Part shown: piece by piece, positions 23,314 to 34,932 of the stretch
Layout: every line of letters starts with the position of its first letter
Numbering within the stretch: the first letter of the stretch is position 1
Assembly (NCBI GenBank): GCA_965240325.2
Contig: OZ251241.1
Coordinates: 558,001-622,000 of the forward strand
Reading direction: 5' to 3'
From: Rebecca billardiae RCC1528
Lineage: Eukaryota > Protista > Haptophyta
DNA length: 64,000 bases
Notes under the pieces: model-generated
What the model saw: only the letters and a program-made list of their open reading frames with translations
What the model was told of the DNA's origin: nothing
Databases searched by the model: none
Translations under genes and position numbers: made by a program

Positions 23314-24059
23314 CAGGCAATCGCGGGCAATAAGCTGTCACATTAAGAAACTGGGGCTTGCTATCTGCGGATCTGGCCTAGAAACTGAGACTAGCGATTG
23401 GCTAGTTCGCTATACCGTATACGCCGCCATACGGTTATCACACGCTGACGCTACCCGTCTGCGGCGGGGAGTCACTCGGCTAAGTAACTTTCAGCTAAAA
23501 ACTATTAACTGAGCCGCCACTCACACACTCTCCGACTCCGACCGTGACCGGGCCGCCACTGACGAGTCTGAGAGTACTGACTTAGCGGCCGTCGAGTCGG
23601 CAGCTGTCGGAGCTGAGTCGTCGGACTCGAATCGACATGCAATCGTCAAAATTATAAAATTATTATCGTGTGTCCGCCGCCAGGCGCCGAGTCGGCCCGT
23701 GGGACGCGGCGCGCGGCCCGACGGCGACTACGAGTAGAGGCCAAGTCCCGACTCTTCCGTGAATGTGATGACTGACTCCTGGCCAGTGCACCTGGCGCAG
23801 CATCCATGCAACTACATCATGCCAGATTTGCTCCAAAATGGCGCCCAATTTTTTCTTCGGCCTCGCCGGCCAGGCCTAATGGCTCAGTGGGGGGCTCTGC
23901 CCCCCTGGCGGGCCCTCCGGCCCTGCGCCCGCCCCGCGCCTGCGCGGCGGGCGGACCTAGCTAAGAAACTGAGACTCCGTAGGCGCTCGGGCTACCGAAC
24001 GGCTAAGAAACCGAGACTAGCCGTGAGATCTCTGACTTCTTATTGCCCGCGATTGCCTG
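23314..24059. mobile_element. 746-bp Tc1/mariner-type MITE with TA TSD
   Basis: TA|CAGGCAATCGCGGGCAATAAG ... CTTATTGCCCGCGATTGCCTG|TA; four subterminal AGAAAC(T/C)GAGACT-like direct repeats. Confidence 0.85.
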
Positions 24060-24538
24060 TACTCGGACCTGCAGCGCGCGCGCCACATCGCCATACTCCA
24101 TAGTTGTCAGTCGCGATCTGAGCTGAGGCGCTGAGCTGTGAGCACTGCCACGGGCTATAAAATATATCGTCTCGTCATTCGGTCTCGGCACGCATGAAGC
24201 CATGATGATACAACACCGTGTGATAAGACTATCTCGTAAATACCGTTAATATTGCTAGAGAGTCTTACACTGATGAAGCTGCCGTATGACTGTCATGATC
24301 AGCGCATCGTCAACAAAAAATATGCCTCGACAACAATTATAATCGCGCCCTCGCGCAAGCTTGACCTGGCTTTTTGGCTGCGCAAATTGAAAATCCGCGC
24401 GCGACGAATCCGACGATTGATGCGATGAACAATGGCTGCTCCTGGAGGATCACTCGGCTCCTGGGCGTCATGAGAAGCCCCTGTCACATCACGCTCCCAG
24501 CACGGGCAGTGGGGAGGCGAATGCGAGTGGGGAGGCGA

Positions 24539-25762
24539 ATGCAGGCGAGCATCCACCTGGCGATGCTATCACTGCTGGCATGGTGCGTTCCACAAGCGAT
24601 CGGCGACGCAGCAGACCGCCTGCATCTTCATCCGCAGACAAACACGACACATGACACGACAGAGCTCGTGCGCCATGGTCCGACTGCGATACGCGGTCTG
24701 ATCTACAATCGCGTGCCTAAGTGCGGCTCGTCAACGCTCATCGTGCTGCTGACAACGCTCGGCAAGAAGAAGAAGCAACTATCAGGTTCCCGGCTGCCGC
24801 GATTCAGGCTGGCACTCTATGAACCAGGTGTGGCTGTCTACCGGGGCGAGCATGGGCACAAGGTCATCCCACCCACCAAGCTGGAGTGGCGCCCGTACGC
24901 GAGCGCCATGCTGGCCGAAGCCTTTGCTCTGGACGCGCGCGGCTGCCACGGCCTGGGCAACTCGAGCCGCCTGCCCACCGTCTTTGTGCAGCACGTGTTC
25001 TACGCAGGCCTGGGCGCGCACTGGCGGGCGGACAGGCCGGAGATCTGTGGGCCCAACGACCTTGTGCCGCGCCCGCTGTACATCAACATGGTGCGCGAGC
25101 CCGTGGCGCGCTGGGTGTCCCACAAGCTGTATCTGTGGTACGGCCCGCGCGCCGTGCGGCTCATGCGCGCGGACCAGGAGTTCTCGCGCGCCGTGCACAA
25201 CGTGTCTCTCCCGCCGAGCATCGACAAGCTGGTCACTGCCGTCACCGAGTGCGAGTTTGGCGAGACCGCACGCCAGGTGCGCGTCGCGCCGTACATCAAC
25301 GTGCTGGTCGCCTTCTTCTGCGGGCTGGACGACGTGGCCACGTGCGCACACACGCACTCCGACCGCGCGGCCGAGCTCGCGCTGCAGCACCTCGAGGCGT
25401 ACGCGGTGGTGGGCGTGCTCGAGGCGATGCGCGAGAGCCTCTTCCTCCTCGAGCGCGCGGCGCCGCAGCTGCTGAAAGGCCTGGTCGCTGTGTACGACCG
25501 TGCCCTGGAGAAGCACAAGTGGAGGCGTCGCAGAGGGCACGCCTCGCACCAGGAGCGACAGCTGAGCAATTCGACCCATGCCTTCTTGGCAGGCTGCCTG
25601 CGGGGCGACCGGCGCGTGTACGACGCAGTCCGCGCGAGGATGGCGAGCCAGCTTCGGGCGCATGGTGCGCCTGTGCCTGCGTTCCTGCTGGTGAAGCAGC
25701 AGAAGCGATTGATGTCCGAATCGTCAGCTGAGCGCGTCTTCGCAGTTGCTCATTCATCCTGA
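24539..25762 (+). CDS. Golgi-type carbohydrate sulfotransferase (HS2ST/UST-like)
   Basis: 5'-PSB YNRVPKCGSST and 3'-PB YINMVREPVARWVSH; N-terminal signal. Start could be 24563. Confidence 0.85.
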   Translation: MQASIHLAMLSLLAWCVPQAIGDAADRLHLHPQTNTTHDTTELVRHGPTAIRGLIYNRVPKCGSSTLIVLLTTLGKKKKQLSGSRLPRFRLALYEPGVAVYRGEHGHKVIPPTKLEWRPYASAMLAEAFALDARGCHGLGNSSRLPTVFVQHVFYAGLGAHWRADRPEICGPNDLVPRPLYINMVREPVARWVSHKLYLWYGPRAVRLMRADQEFSRAVHNVSLPPSIDKLVTAVTECEFGETARQVRVAPYINVLVAFFCGLDDVATCAHTHSDRAAELALQHLEAYAVVGVLEAMRESLFLLERAAPQLLKGLVAVYDRALEKHKWRRRRGHASHQERQLSNSTHAFLAGCLRGDRRVYDAVRARMASQLRAHGAPVPAFLLVKQQKRLMSESSAERVFAVAHSS

Positions 25763-26708
25763 ATCCTGCCCGATTGGCGATTCCTGATGGCTTCACTGAA
25801 GTCTGACTGATAGTGACTCGGATGCTGGTAGTCATCATGATCTTATTAAACAATTAAATAAATTAGGCCGATATATACACGGCGCGGGCGGGCGACTACA
25901 GTCACGTAGCTTACTTATTACACTCGGCGCCGACTCGGTGCCACTGCCAGCCACTCAGCCCACTCTGCCAGGCGCGGGCTCCGGACCTCGGGAACTACGG
26001 CCGCCTCACGGCAAGTCGCACCGTATACTGATTACTGTATAGACGAACGCGCTACTGCGCACTGCTAGCAGCTGTAGGCTACCGTGTATAGTCCGTGGGC
26101 CCCGCTGCCGCTGGGCGCTGGGCACAGGCCCCAGCTTGCACCGCATCCTCGTCCAGTGGGCGCACCACCTTGACCTTGTTGCCAACAGACAACAGTGCTG
26201 AAGTGCTCGGAGCGGCGGAACGATACTACTGCTGATATCAGTGACAGTGCCGGTCGGTCTCAGTCTCAAGGCGCCCAGCGAGGAAGCTGATGGCAAGGCA
26301 CCCGCGAGCTGTGCGCCCTGGGTGAGCGTCAGGTGGCACCGTGGCAGCTGCCGCTAACAGCGGTCCGCACACGTCGACATGGCTATGGGCCCCATGGCGG
26401 GCCCGTGGGCCCAGCATCGCAAGCACCGCCGCGACAGCGGGCTGCGACCACGCGCTCACGAGCAGTTGAGCGCGCGCTGCATGCGCATGCGGCTATGTGA
26501 GTGTGCGCTATCGCGTTGCACGCGCTGCGCATGCCGGTCGACATCACCATCGCGTGCTGTGCGCCAATCATCTCGGCTTGCAGTCCGAGGAGAGTGCCGC
26601 CATCGCCCATCGTGCCTTGAATCCGCTTCGGCCGGACCGCGTCCGGCGGTCCCGCCGCCGCCGCCGGCTGACGCCGAGGCCGAGACGCTCCCGTGGGCGC
26701 GGCCGTGG

Positions 26709-28199
26709 ATGCAAGCAGTGGGCCGCGCGTGGCTCGCGGCTTTCGCCGCTATGCTGGCCACGCGCTCGTCATCGGCGGAGCCGGATCACGCGGATCGACT
26801 CACAGCCGCGCTTGGAGACGCGCTCGGGGCGGACGGGGCGGCGAGCATCCGCGTGCTGCGCGCGGACGTGCTCACGCTCGAGGCAATCGCGGCGCTCGCC
26901 GAGCAGGCCGTGCGCGCGATCGACTATGCGACGCTTGGCCAGTCTTGGGAGCACCCTGAGACGCGCACGGAGTATCGCCACGACGCCCACCGCAGCCAGG
27001 CGCACCCTGCCTCGCGCCGGCGCCAGAGCGCCTCTCGCGCCGCGCTTGCGCGCGACGTGCACGCCGCCGCTGCGGACATGCCTCGCGCGCGACACGTGTG
27101 CGTGCGCGCGTTCGTGCGCGAGATCGGCCTGCCCGAGCGCGCCGCCGTGGAGGCAACATTCTTCGGCACGCTCGCCGCCCTCCGCCACGAGCTGCTCCAC
27201 CCGCTGCGCTCGCTGCACGAGGGGCGCACCAGCATGGAGCGGACGTTCAACGGAGAGCACGTGCCGCGCGCGGCGCTGGATGCGGCGGTGGACGCGCTGA
27301 TCGGCGCGGTGCTGCGCGGGGAGTTCCACGAGTGGCGGTACACGAACCCGGTGGGCGTGGAGCAGCTGCGCGGGCTCACGCCTGCTCAGCTCGCGCGGTG
27401 GCAGGCCTCCGACGCCCTCACACATGCCGGACCGCCACCTCTCACGACCACGGACGGCCACGCGCGCCGCGCGGGACGCGCCGACGCCGACGCGGGCAGC
27501 GCGGAGGAGGCGGCGCTCGCCCGTGCTGAGCGGGAGCTCGACCTGTTCTGGGCGACCAAGATCGGCGGGCCGAGCCACGGCTTCGACTACGAGGGGCAGT
27601 GCTTGCTGCCGCTGCTGTGCAACGCGCGGCACAAGGTGGTGACCGTCCACGACCGCCGGTACCCACACCACGCCGCCGGGCGCGCGCACCTGCGCTTGCT
27701 GTGGCGCTACCCGGCGGAGGAGCGCGGCGCGGTGCTCTGGGTGGAGGGCACGCACGTCGACTTCCGCGCGGCGGCCGCGCTCGGTGGCGGCGGCGGCGCG
27801 CCCTCCGAGTACGCGCGCGCCGTGCTCACGCACGCGCTCGCAAAGGCGTGCGCGCTGCGGCTGCCGCTTGCTGCGGACGCGGTCGACGCGGCCGCGCTGG
27901 GGGAGCTCGCGCGGGGCATGGCCGGCTGCGAGGGCGTCGTGGGCACAGTCGAGGAGCCGGTGGTGCTGCGACCGTCGAATGGCGTGGTCGAGGCCAGTGA
28001 CTACCTCTCGAGCAGGCACGACTGGGTGCAGCTCGCCGAGGAGCGCACGGCCCCGCTGTGGCGCGCCCTCTTCGTACCCTCCGACCCAAATGCCGCTGAA
28101 GCCGCGGCAGCGGCGCGGCTCGACGGCGCGCCGGCTGACGGGCGCGGCGACCCCAAGCCTGGCACGTCCAGCCACCCGCGCGCTCACGTCGAGCTTTGA
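26709..28199 (+). CDS. Hypothetical protein with signal peptide and C-terminal HVEL (probable ER lumen)
   Basis: Long GC3-biased ORF; hydrophobic N-terminus; globular core FWATKIGGPSHGFDYEGQCLLPLLCNARHK. Confidence 0.75.
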   Translation: MQAVGRAWLAAFAAMLATRSSSAEPDHADRLTAALGDALGADGAASIRVLRADVLTLEAIAALAEQAVRAIDYATLGQSWEHPETRTEYRHDAHRSQAHPASRRRQSASRAALARDVHAAAADMPRARHVCVRAFVREIGLPERAAVEATFFGTLAALRHELLHPLRSLHEGRTSMERTFNGEHVPRAALDAAVDALIGAVLRGEFHEWRYTNPVGVEQLRGLTPAQLARWQASDALTHAGPPPLTTTDGHARRAGRADADAGSAEEAALARAERELDLFWATKIGGPSHGFDYEGQCLLPLLCNARHKVVTVHDRRYPHHAAGRAHLRLLWRYPAEERGAVLWVEGTHVDFRAAAALGGGGGAPSEYARAVLTHALAKACALRLPLAADAVDAAALGELARGMAGCEGVVGTVEEPVVLRPSNGVVEASDYLSSRHDWVQLAEERTAPLWRALFVPSDPNAAEAAAAARLDGAPADGRGDPKPGTSSHPRAHVEL

Positions 28200-28550
28200 C
28201 CACGACTGGCACACTGCCGCTAGGCAGATCCGGACGAGGGCGCGCTGCTGTATACGCGGACGATCGGCCGCGAGCACTCTGAGCGCCGAGTAGACCGAAG
28301 TCCGAAGCCTATAGACTGTCGTAGTCACTGACTCTACTGATATGCGCGCGAGGAGTATCTAGATATATGCTGATGATCATCAGCATATCGTCGATCGATA
28401 TAGCAGCAGTTATATTCTAGAGAGAGCGAGAGACTGAGAGAGAGAGAGAGACGAGCAGGGTATATATATATATATATATCGTATCGGTAGATATGAGTAA
28501 GACGAGAGAGAGACCGTATATACGGCACGCGACGGTGGGCCCGCTATATG

Positions 28551-28587
28551 TGGGGTTATTGGCACAATAACTGATTGTCTAAGAGGA
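28551..28587 (+). repeat. Dispersed hairpin-containing repeat; inverted copy at 60051-60100
   Basis: TGGGGTTATTGGCACAATAACTGATTGTCTAAGAGGA. Both copies lie near (GA)n/(TA)n tracts. Confidence 0.75.
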
Positions 28588-28916
28588 CGACAAGAACGCC
28601 GGGCGCCAGCGCCGCTCATCAGCCACATCGCCCTCTACCAGACCATCGCCTCAAAGGGCGCTGCTCCCGGACAAACAGTCTGTCCGGGTTGTTCTTTCTG
28701 CCGCCCACTCGGCCCAGGAGATCGGTTTCCGGCGCCGGCCTCTGCCGCCTGCTTCGCCAGGCGCGGCGTGCGAGATGGCTCCAGCCAAGCTCGTCCTGCG
28801 TCGCCGGCGGCGGCGGCTCGCACGCGGGTGGCGCGTCGCGTGCACCGACCAACTATGGCCGCCGCCGGTCGGGCATCATTGAAACTAAAAGTAGTAGTGT
28901 TACATGTAGCTAGTAG

Positions 28917-31278
28917 TTAGTCGTCGCAGCAGAGCGCCTTGATGGAGGCGATCTTGTCGTCGAGTTTCATGTCCTTGCGGTGCAGCAGGTCCTGGATGGT
29001 CGGCTTGAGCTCCGGCGACTTCTTCACCGCCCACTGCAGCCGCGCGCGGGCCGCAGCACGGGCGGGGGCGGCGGCAGGTGTGGGGTGGCGCGGGGTGAGC
29101 GGCAGCGGTAGGATCGGCCGCCGCTTCAACATGCGGCCTGCCTGACGGCGGGTCAGCGCGCGTCGGAGCGCGCCCGCGCCGCACTCGCACCTGGATCATG
29201 CGGGCGGCGTACAGTGGGAGCGGCACACTGGTGCTGGGCGGCGCGGGTGTCCCGGCGCAGCGCTCAGACACAGCGGGCTGCCGCTGCGGCGGGGTCGCCT
29301 CTTCGTCCGACCGTGTCTCCTCCTCGCCGCCCTCCAGCCAGGCGGGCACGGCGGCCGCGAGCAGCGCGTGGGCCTCTCGCAGCTCGGCGGTCGCGTCGCG
29401 CGGCTCGGGGGGCGAGTGCTGCTCGGCGCTCGGCTCGTCCTGCTCCGCGAGCTGCTCGCGCCACTTGTCGACGAGCTTGCGCACGGCCCAGTTGGGCGTG
29501 TGCTCCGTGCCCACCGGCTCGTTGGTGAGCGGCGAGCGCGGCGTGTCCGTCGAGGAGAGCCACTGCAGCAGCGGCGCCTGCGAGTACGTCTGCCCATCCG
29601 CGTGCAGCAGCACGGCATCACACAGCAGCTCGTGCGTGATCGGGCAGAGCAGCTCGTCGGGGGGCTGCGCCGCGGCGACAGCCCCACCGTGCAGCACAGG
29701 CCGCACGCGCGCCGCGAGCAGGCCGCGCACGAGCTCGCGCACGTCGCCGTGCTGCCGCAGCGCGTGCAGCGCGCCGCCCTTGGCCAGGAGCTGGCTGAGC
29801 TGCGAACCGCGCGCGCGCTCGAGCGGCAGCGCGCGCAGCACGGCGCCCACCTCTGGGCCCGAGCCGCGGCGTTCGAGCCACGGCGCAAGGGCCTGCAGCG
29901 TGGTGGCCACGTCGCCCGCGCGCACGGCCGGGTGCGCCACCAGCCGCAGCATCGTCGTGGCGGGCAGCAGCTCGAACTCTTCAGACGAGCGGAGGTGGCC
30001 CAGCCAGCGCGACGCGTACTGGAAGAGCACGCCGTCGAAGGGCGCGCACTCGAGCCCGTGGGCGCACAGGCCCTCGACGGCGCGCATGAGCTCGCACAGC
30101 GCGGCGTACGTCAGCGTGGACGCGTCCGTGAACGCCGCGCCCGGCTTCACGAAAGAGAGCCTCGTGTGCCGCGCCGCCCAGTTGACGAGTGCGTTGAGCT
30201 GCAGGCGCGAGGTCGGCACCTCGACGGTCACGAGAGCGTCCAGCGTCACCGGGCTGGGTTTGTGCTGGACGGGGAAGCTGCCGATCCAAAAGATGGATGT
30301 GGGTGCCTCCTCGTCTTTGGGGCAGCAGAAGATCCCCTGGCCCTGCCATTCGAGCGTGTACGCGCGGCTGTCCACAGTGGCGCGCGCGCCGATCACGCAG
30401 TGCGGCGAGGCGTCAGGCGACAAGAACTCCACGCCCACATGCGCGTGTGGGTGGCTCGGCTCGCCCTCGCACAGCACCACGGCCTGCCAGCGACACGGTC
30501 GCCCGTGCTTGTCCTCGCCCGCGCCGAACTCGTCGCCGTGCTCCCTCGCAACGGAGGGCTCGAGCCGGTCGCACTCGACGACGCCCTGGCCGAACAGGCG
30601 CTCGCGGAGCACGTCGTGCGGCAGCTCGGCGAGGAGAGCGGCGAAAGCGTGCGCGCACAGCGCAAGCGTGCAGGGGCGGCCGAGCAGGTCGCGTACCGCG
30701 CTCAGCCTCGCCTTGCCCTCGGCATCGCCGCACGCGTCGCTCAGGATGTGCCCCACCGTGTCCGACAGCAGCTGCGACACGCCCTGGCTGGGGCTGCGCT
30801 GGGCGTACGGAGCGATCGCGTTCAACAGCCGGAAGCATGCGCCACCAAGCTTCTTTTCGAGCACCGGCAGCTGCAATTCGTCCACGGCATAGCGCACGGC
30901 GCGGTGCACATCGAGCGCGGTCGCGAGCTCGAGCAGCTCCACACCATCTCGGACCGTCATGTCGCAGTACTCGGCGTACACGTCGTCGTCATCGCCCTCG
31001 ATGGCGACGACGAGGCGACGCACCGTCTCCACGCCGCACATGCCCGGCAGCACGCACGTCTGCGACTTGGCCCCCTCGACCAGAGCACGCATCTTGGCCG
31101 AGGTGCGCGCGGCCTTGTCCCGGTTCACAGGCACGCGCACCGCCATCTCGAGCCGGGCGATCAGCACCTCCTTCGAGCCGGCGGAGGGCGCCTGCGCCTC
31201 CTTGAGCCGCGCGCGAAGCTGCTTGTTGTTCAGCGTGTGATCCACACGCGGCGCGAGCCAGAAACCCGGCGACGGCAT
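28917..31278 (-). CDS. SAP-domain / BACK-like / U-box E3 ligase; exons 31278-29191, 29033-28917
   Basis: SAP LNNKQLRARLKEAQAPSAGSKEVLIARL; U-box PPDELLCPITHELLCDAV..DGQTYS..SPLTNEP..PNWAVRKLV; phase-0 intron. Confidence 0.85.
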
Positions 31279-31841
31279 TGCGCACTTTACTCGACGGCCT
31301 GGAGGCGCGAGACCCGCTCCGCGACTCCGCGAGGCCCTCGCGGGGCAGTCCGTTGGCGCAGCGATTCTGCTCGTTCAAATTCAAAGAGACGGTGATCAAA
31401 ATAATCCATTCATCTCGCGCGTCGGGCTACCGGAGAGTGTATGGGGCCATTGCGGCAGTGGCATCCGACCTGCGCTCCGCATGACGAGTGGTGCCACGGG
31501 AGACTCAGTGTCATACCATAGTATCTCAGAGGGTAGTCACAGGCTACATGTGACAGGAGAGGCAGATGGCTGCCGATCACACCGTCAAAGAAATAAGTCC
31601 TGCTGGCCAGGCTCCACAGTACGGGCGCGGGCGTCGCGGCTGCAAGGCTGCACGACTGCACGAAGCAGTTTCACTCTCAGCCGTCCGGGCCGCACGGTCA
31701 GCCCGGCAACGTGTGTCGTGGCGCCATTTGCGGCTGAAGCGACGCGACGGGGGCGGTGACGGTACTCCCGTGAAGTCAGCACGAAGCCACAGCACCTAGG
31801 CCCGTGCCGCGCGCGTGCCGACCCCACAGCTGGACTCCGAT

Positions 31842-32423
31842 TTACGAGGAGCACATCAGGCTCTCGCGCGTGTCGACGCCGGTGGCGGGGTTCTTGCCCG
31901 ACACGTCTGGCCGCTCGCAGAGCAGCTTCGCGGAGCGTGGCGGGAGCAGCGCGTCGGAGAGGTCGGCATTCTTCAAGTCCTCCACCTCGGACACCGTCTC
32001 CGTGAAGAACGCGCCGTCGAGCCGCGCGTCCTTCAGGATCACACCCTCCAGCTTGGCGCCCTCGAGCGAGACGCCCGACATGTTGGCTCCGGTAAAGTCG
32101 GCCTTCTGCAGGTCAGCCTTGAAGAAGGAGCAGCCGCGCAGGTCGGCGCCTTTGAAGTTGGTCCCGATCGCCTCGACCTGCCTAAACTCCTTGCCCGCGA
32201 GCTTCTTTCCGCTGAAGTCTTCGCCAGAGATGGACTGTCCCGAGAAGTCCTTGCCGCCGCCGCTCACGGCGCGCGCGGCGTTCGGCCCAACGAGCAGCAG
32301 TGAGCTCGACGCCGCGGCGGTGTGCAGAAAGCGCTGGCGTGTCGTGAGCGCCCCGGGTGCGCGACGAATGCCGCTCGCCAGCCCGAGCTGGCAAGCCACC
32401 ACCAACGCTGCGCCGGGACGCAT
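31842..32423 (-). CDS. Thylakoid-lumen pentapeptide-repeat protein
   Basis: A(D/N)LXX pentapeptide repeats; C-terminal LC..GKNPATGVDTRESLMC; signal/transit leader ending in ARA. Confidence 0.9.
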   Translation of the reverse strand: MRPGAALVVACQLGLASGIRRAPGALTTRQRFLHTAAASSSLLLVGPNAARAVSGGGKDFSGQSISGEDFSGKKLAGKEFRQVEAIGTNFKGADLRGCSFFKADLQKADFTGANMSGVSLEGAKLEGVILKDARLDGAFFTETVSEVEDLKNADLSDALLPPRSAKLLCERPDVSGKNPATGVDTRESLMCSS

Positions 32424-32628
32424 GACGACGGACGGGCCTCGCGAGACTTCGCTGATGACGAGCCGCCGGACGACGATCGAGAGCGATCTCCGGGCGACCC
32501 CCGGCCGGCAAAAGCTCTGGCCAGTGTATTTTTCAATTTTTGTCGCCGGCGGCAGCCATCGCTGCGGCCAACCGTCGTCGTCGAGCAGCTCGAGCGGCGC
32601 CGGGCCGCCCTCAGAGCCGGCGCGGGCG

Positions 32629-34803
32629 ATGCTCGGAGATGGCCACGTCGACGAGTTGCTGCGGCAGATGGAGGAGCGATGCATCGCGCACATCGACGTA
32701 GACTGCTTCTACTGCGAGGTCGAGCGCCAGCGCGCGCCGCGCCTCCGCGGCAAGCCGATGGCGGTGCTGCAGTACAACCCGAGGGACCCGCGCACGATGC
32801 GAGCGGACGACGACCGCGTCATGCCCGACTCGGACGGCAGCATCATCGCGGTGTCGTACGAGGCGCGCGCGCAGGGCGTGACGCGCGTGATGCGCGGGCG
32901 CGAGGCGCGCAAGCAGTGCCCGTCCATCGTGCTTGTGCAGGTGCCCGTCTCGCACTCGAAGAGCGACCTCACGATTTATCGTGAGGCGGGCGCGCGCGTG
33001 ATCAGCGTGCTGGCGCGCTTCGCGACGTCCGTGTGCCGCGCATCGATCGACGAGGCGTACGTCGATGTCACCGCGCGCGCCGCCGAGCTCGCCGCGCGGC
33101 TGGCCTCCGGCGCCGAGCCGATTTTGGCAGCAGGCGTCGCGCCGGCCGAGCTCTCGCCCGACAGCCTCGAGTGGACGTGGGTCGCCGGCGTGGACGAGCC
33201 CGACGGCGCGGAGGTGCTCTCGCGCGCCGAGGTGCGGAACGGGCACGCGAAGGGGCTACACGCGCCCCGCCCCACACCCGCCGGCGCGGGCGCCGACGGC
33301 GCGGGCGGCGCCGCCGGCGGCGCGGACGCGGCGATATCCGTCGAAGCGGCGCGCGTCGCTCACATGGAGTCGCTCAGAGGGCGTGCCGCGCAGCAGCAGG
33401 CGGACGCGCAGGCCGAGCAGGCGCGCAGCGAGGCGGCGTCGAGCGTGAGCGCGAGCGCCCAGTGGTGGCGCCGCCCCCTCGACGAGTGGCGCCCCGCCGA
33501 GCTCCTGCTCGCCGCGGGCGCGCGCGTCGTGCACAGCATGCGCCGAGCTGTGCTGCTCGAGCTCGGCTTCTCGTGCAGCGCGGGCGTGGCGCACTCGATG
33601 ACGCTGGCCAAGCTGGGCTGCTCGATGCACAAGCCGGGGATGCAGACCGCGCTGCCGTCGGCGGCGATGGCGCGGCTGCTCCACTCCATGCCCATCGAGC
33701 GCGTCAAGGGGCTCGGCGGCCAAGGCCTCGGCCGCCAGCTGCGCGAGGAGCACGGCGTGCGCACGCTCGGCGACCTGGCCAGTTGGCCTCTGGACAGGCT
33801 GGTCGCGCGCTTCGACGCAAAGTCGACGGCGAAGGTGAGCCGCGGCTCGGGCGTGTGGCTGTACCGCATCGCGCGCGGGATTGATCTCGACGAGGTGAAG
33901 GACGAGCCGCTCCCCGGCAGCCACGGCGTGGGCAAGAACTTTGTCCGCTCGGCGACGGGCGCGCTCACGAGCGCGCGCGAGCTGCGCCACTGGCTGGGCG
34001 AGCTGGCCGCGCAGGTGCTGGAGCAGCTGCGCGAGGAGCTGGACGTGCACGAGCGCGTGGCGACGCGGCTCACGGTGCACTGGGCGAACGACGCGGCCGC
34101 GGCGGTGTACGCCACCGCCGGCGGCACCCGCTCGCGCAGCCTCAAGCTCAGCCGGCCGTACTCGCACGAGCGCATCGTGGCCGAGTGCTGCGCGTGCGTC
34201 GAGCGCGAGACGGCCGGCCGGCCGATGCGCGTGGGCATGCTCGGCCTGATCGCGTCGGGGATGGAGGCGCTGCCCACGGGCAACGCGCGCCTCACCGACC
34301 TCTGGACGGCCAAGCCGGCCGCGGACGCGGACGCGCCCGGCGAAGCGGGTGGTGACGGCGACGCGCCCGATGCGGTGGCGGCTGCCGCGCCAGCCGCCGC
34401 CACCGCGCTGCAACTCACCCTGGACGCGACGTCGTGCCGCGCAGACGTCGCACCGCCCGTCCCGCCAATGCCGGCGCGAGTGGATGCGCCTGTCTCTCCC
34501 GAGGCGGCGGCCACAGACGCAGATGCGGACGGCGCTGATGAGCCGGCGGAGGCGCGACCCGCCAAGTACGTTCGTCTCGCCGTCGAGGAGATTGAGCCGA
34601 GCGTCCTCGCCGAGCTGCCCGCGGACGTGCGGCGCGAGCTGCTCGAGGAGATCCGTGGCGCCGAGAGGAGCTCGGTGGGCGCGGCAGGGCATGCGCAACG
34701 AGGCAAGACCGGGTGCGGCTCGGCATCTAGCAGCGCCATCGCCCGGGGCCGCGCGCCCGCAGCAGGCTCGGCGAGCATCGCTCGCTTCTTCGTCCGGAAG
34801 TGA
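32629..34803 (+). CDS. POLH: DNA polymerase eta (Y-family)
   Basis: HIDVDCFYCEVE, IIAVSYEAR, RASIDEAYVD, CSAGVAHSMTLAKL..HKP..QT; UBM IEPSVLAELPADVRRE; C-terminal PIP-like SIARFF. Confidence 0.92.
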   Translation: MLGDGHVDELLRQMEERCIAHIDVDCFYCEVERQRAPRLRGKPMAVLQYNPRDPRTMRADDDRVMPDSDGSIIAVSYEARAQGVTRVMRGREARKQCPSIVLVQVPVSHSKSDLTIYREAGARVISVLARFATSVCRASIDEAYVDVTARAAELAARLASGAEPILAAGVAPAELSPDSLEWTWVAGVDEPDGAEVLSRAEVRNGHAKGLHAPRPTPAGAGADGAGGAAGGADAAISVEAARVAHMESLRGRAAQQQADAQAEQARSEAASSVSASAQWWRRPLDEWRPAELLLAAGARVVHSMRRAVLLELGFSCSAGVAHSMTLAKLGCSMHKPGMQTALPSAAMARLLHSMPIERVKGLGGQGLGRQLREEHGVRTLGDLASWPLDRLVARFDAKSTAKVSRGSGVWLYRIARGIDLDEVKDEPLPGSHGVGKNFVRSATGALTSARELRHWLGELAAQVLEQLREELDVHERVATRLTVHWANDAAAAVYATAGGTRSRSLKLSRPYSHERIVAECCACVERETAGRPMRVGMLGLIASGMEALPTGNARLTDLWTAKPAADADAPGEAGGDGDAPDAVAAAAPAAATALQLTLDATSCRADVAPPVPPMPARVDAPVSPEAAATDADADGADEPAEARPAKYVRLAVEEIEPSVLAELPADVRRELLEEIRGAERSSVGAAGHAQRGKTGCGSASSSAIARGRAPAAGSASIARFFVRK

Positions 34804-34932
34804 CGAGCGGACCTGATCATGATGCGCCTGCGGCACTCTCACTCTGCGGCTCGGTACAACCTAAGACTACACCACTACTGCTTAATTTACATGCGATTGC
34901 GCGCGCGGATCGAGTATCGTTGTGAATTGCCG

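Noticed and set aside
31804-32628. N-terminal extension of Pol eta in the 999-aa ORF
   Set aside because: It is the antisense of the pentapeptide gene; Pol eta homology begins after ATG 32629.
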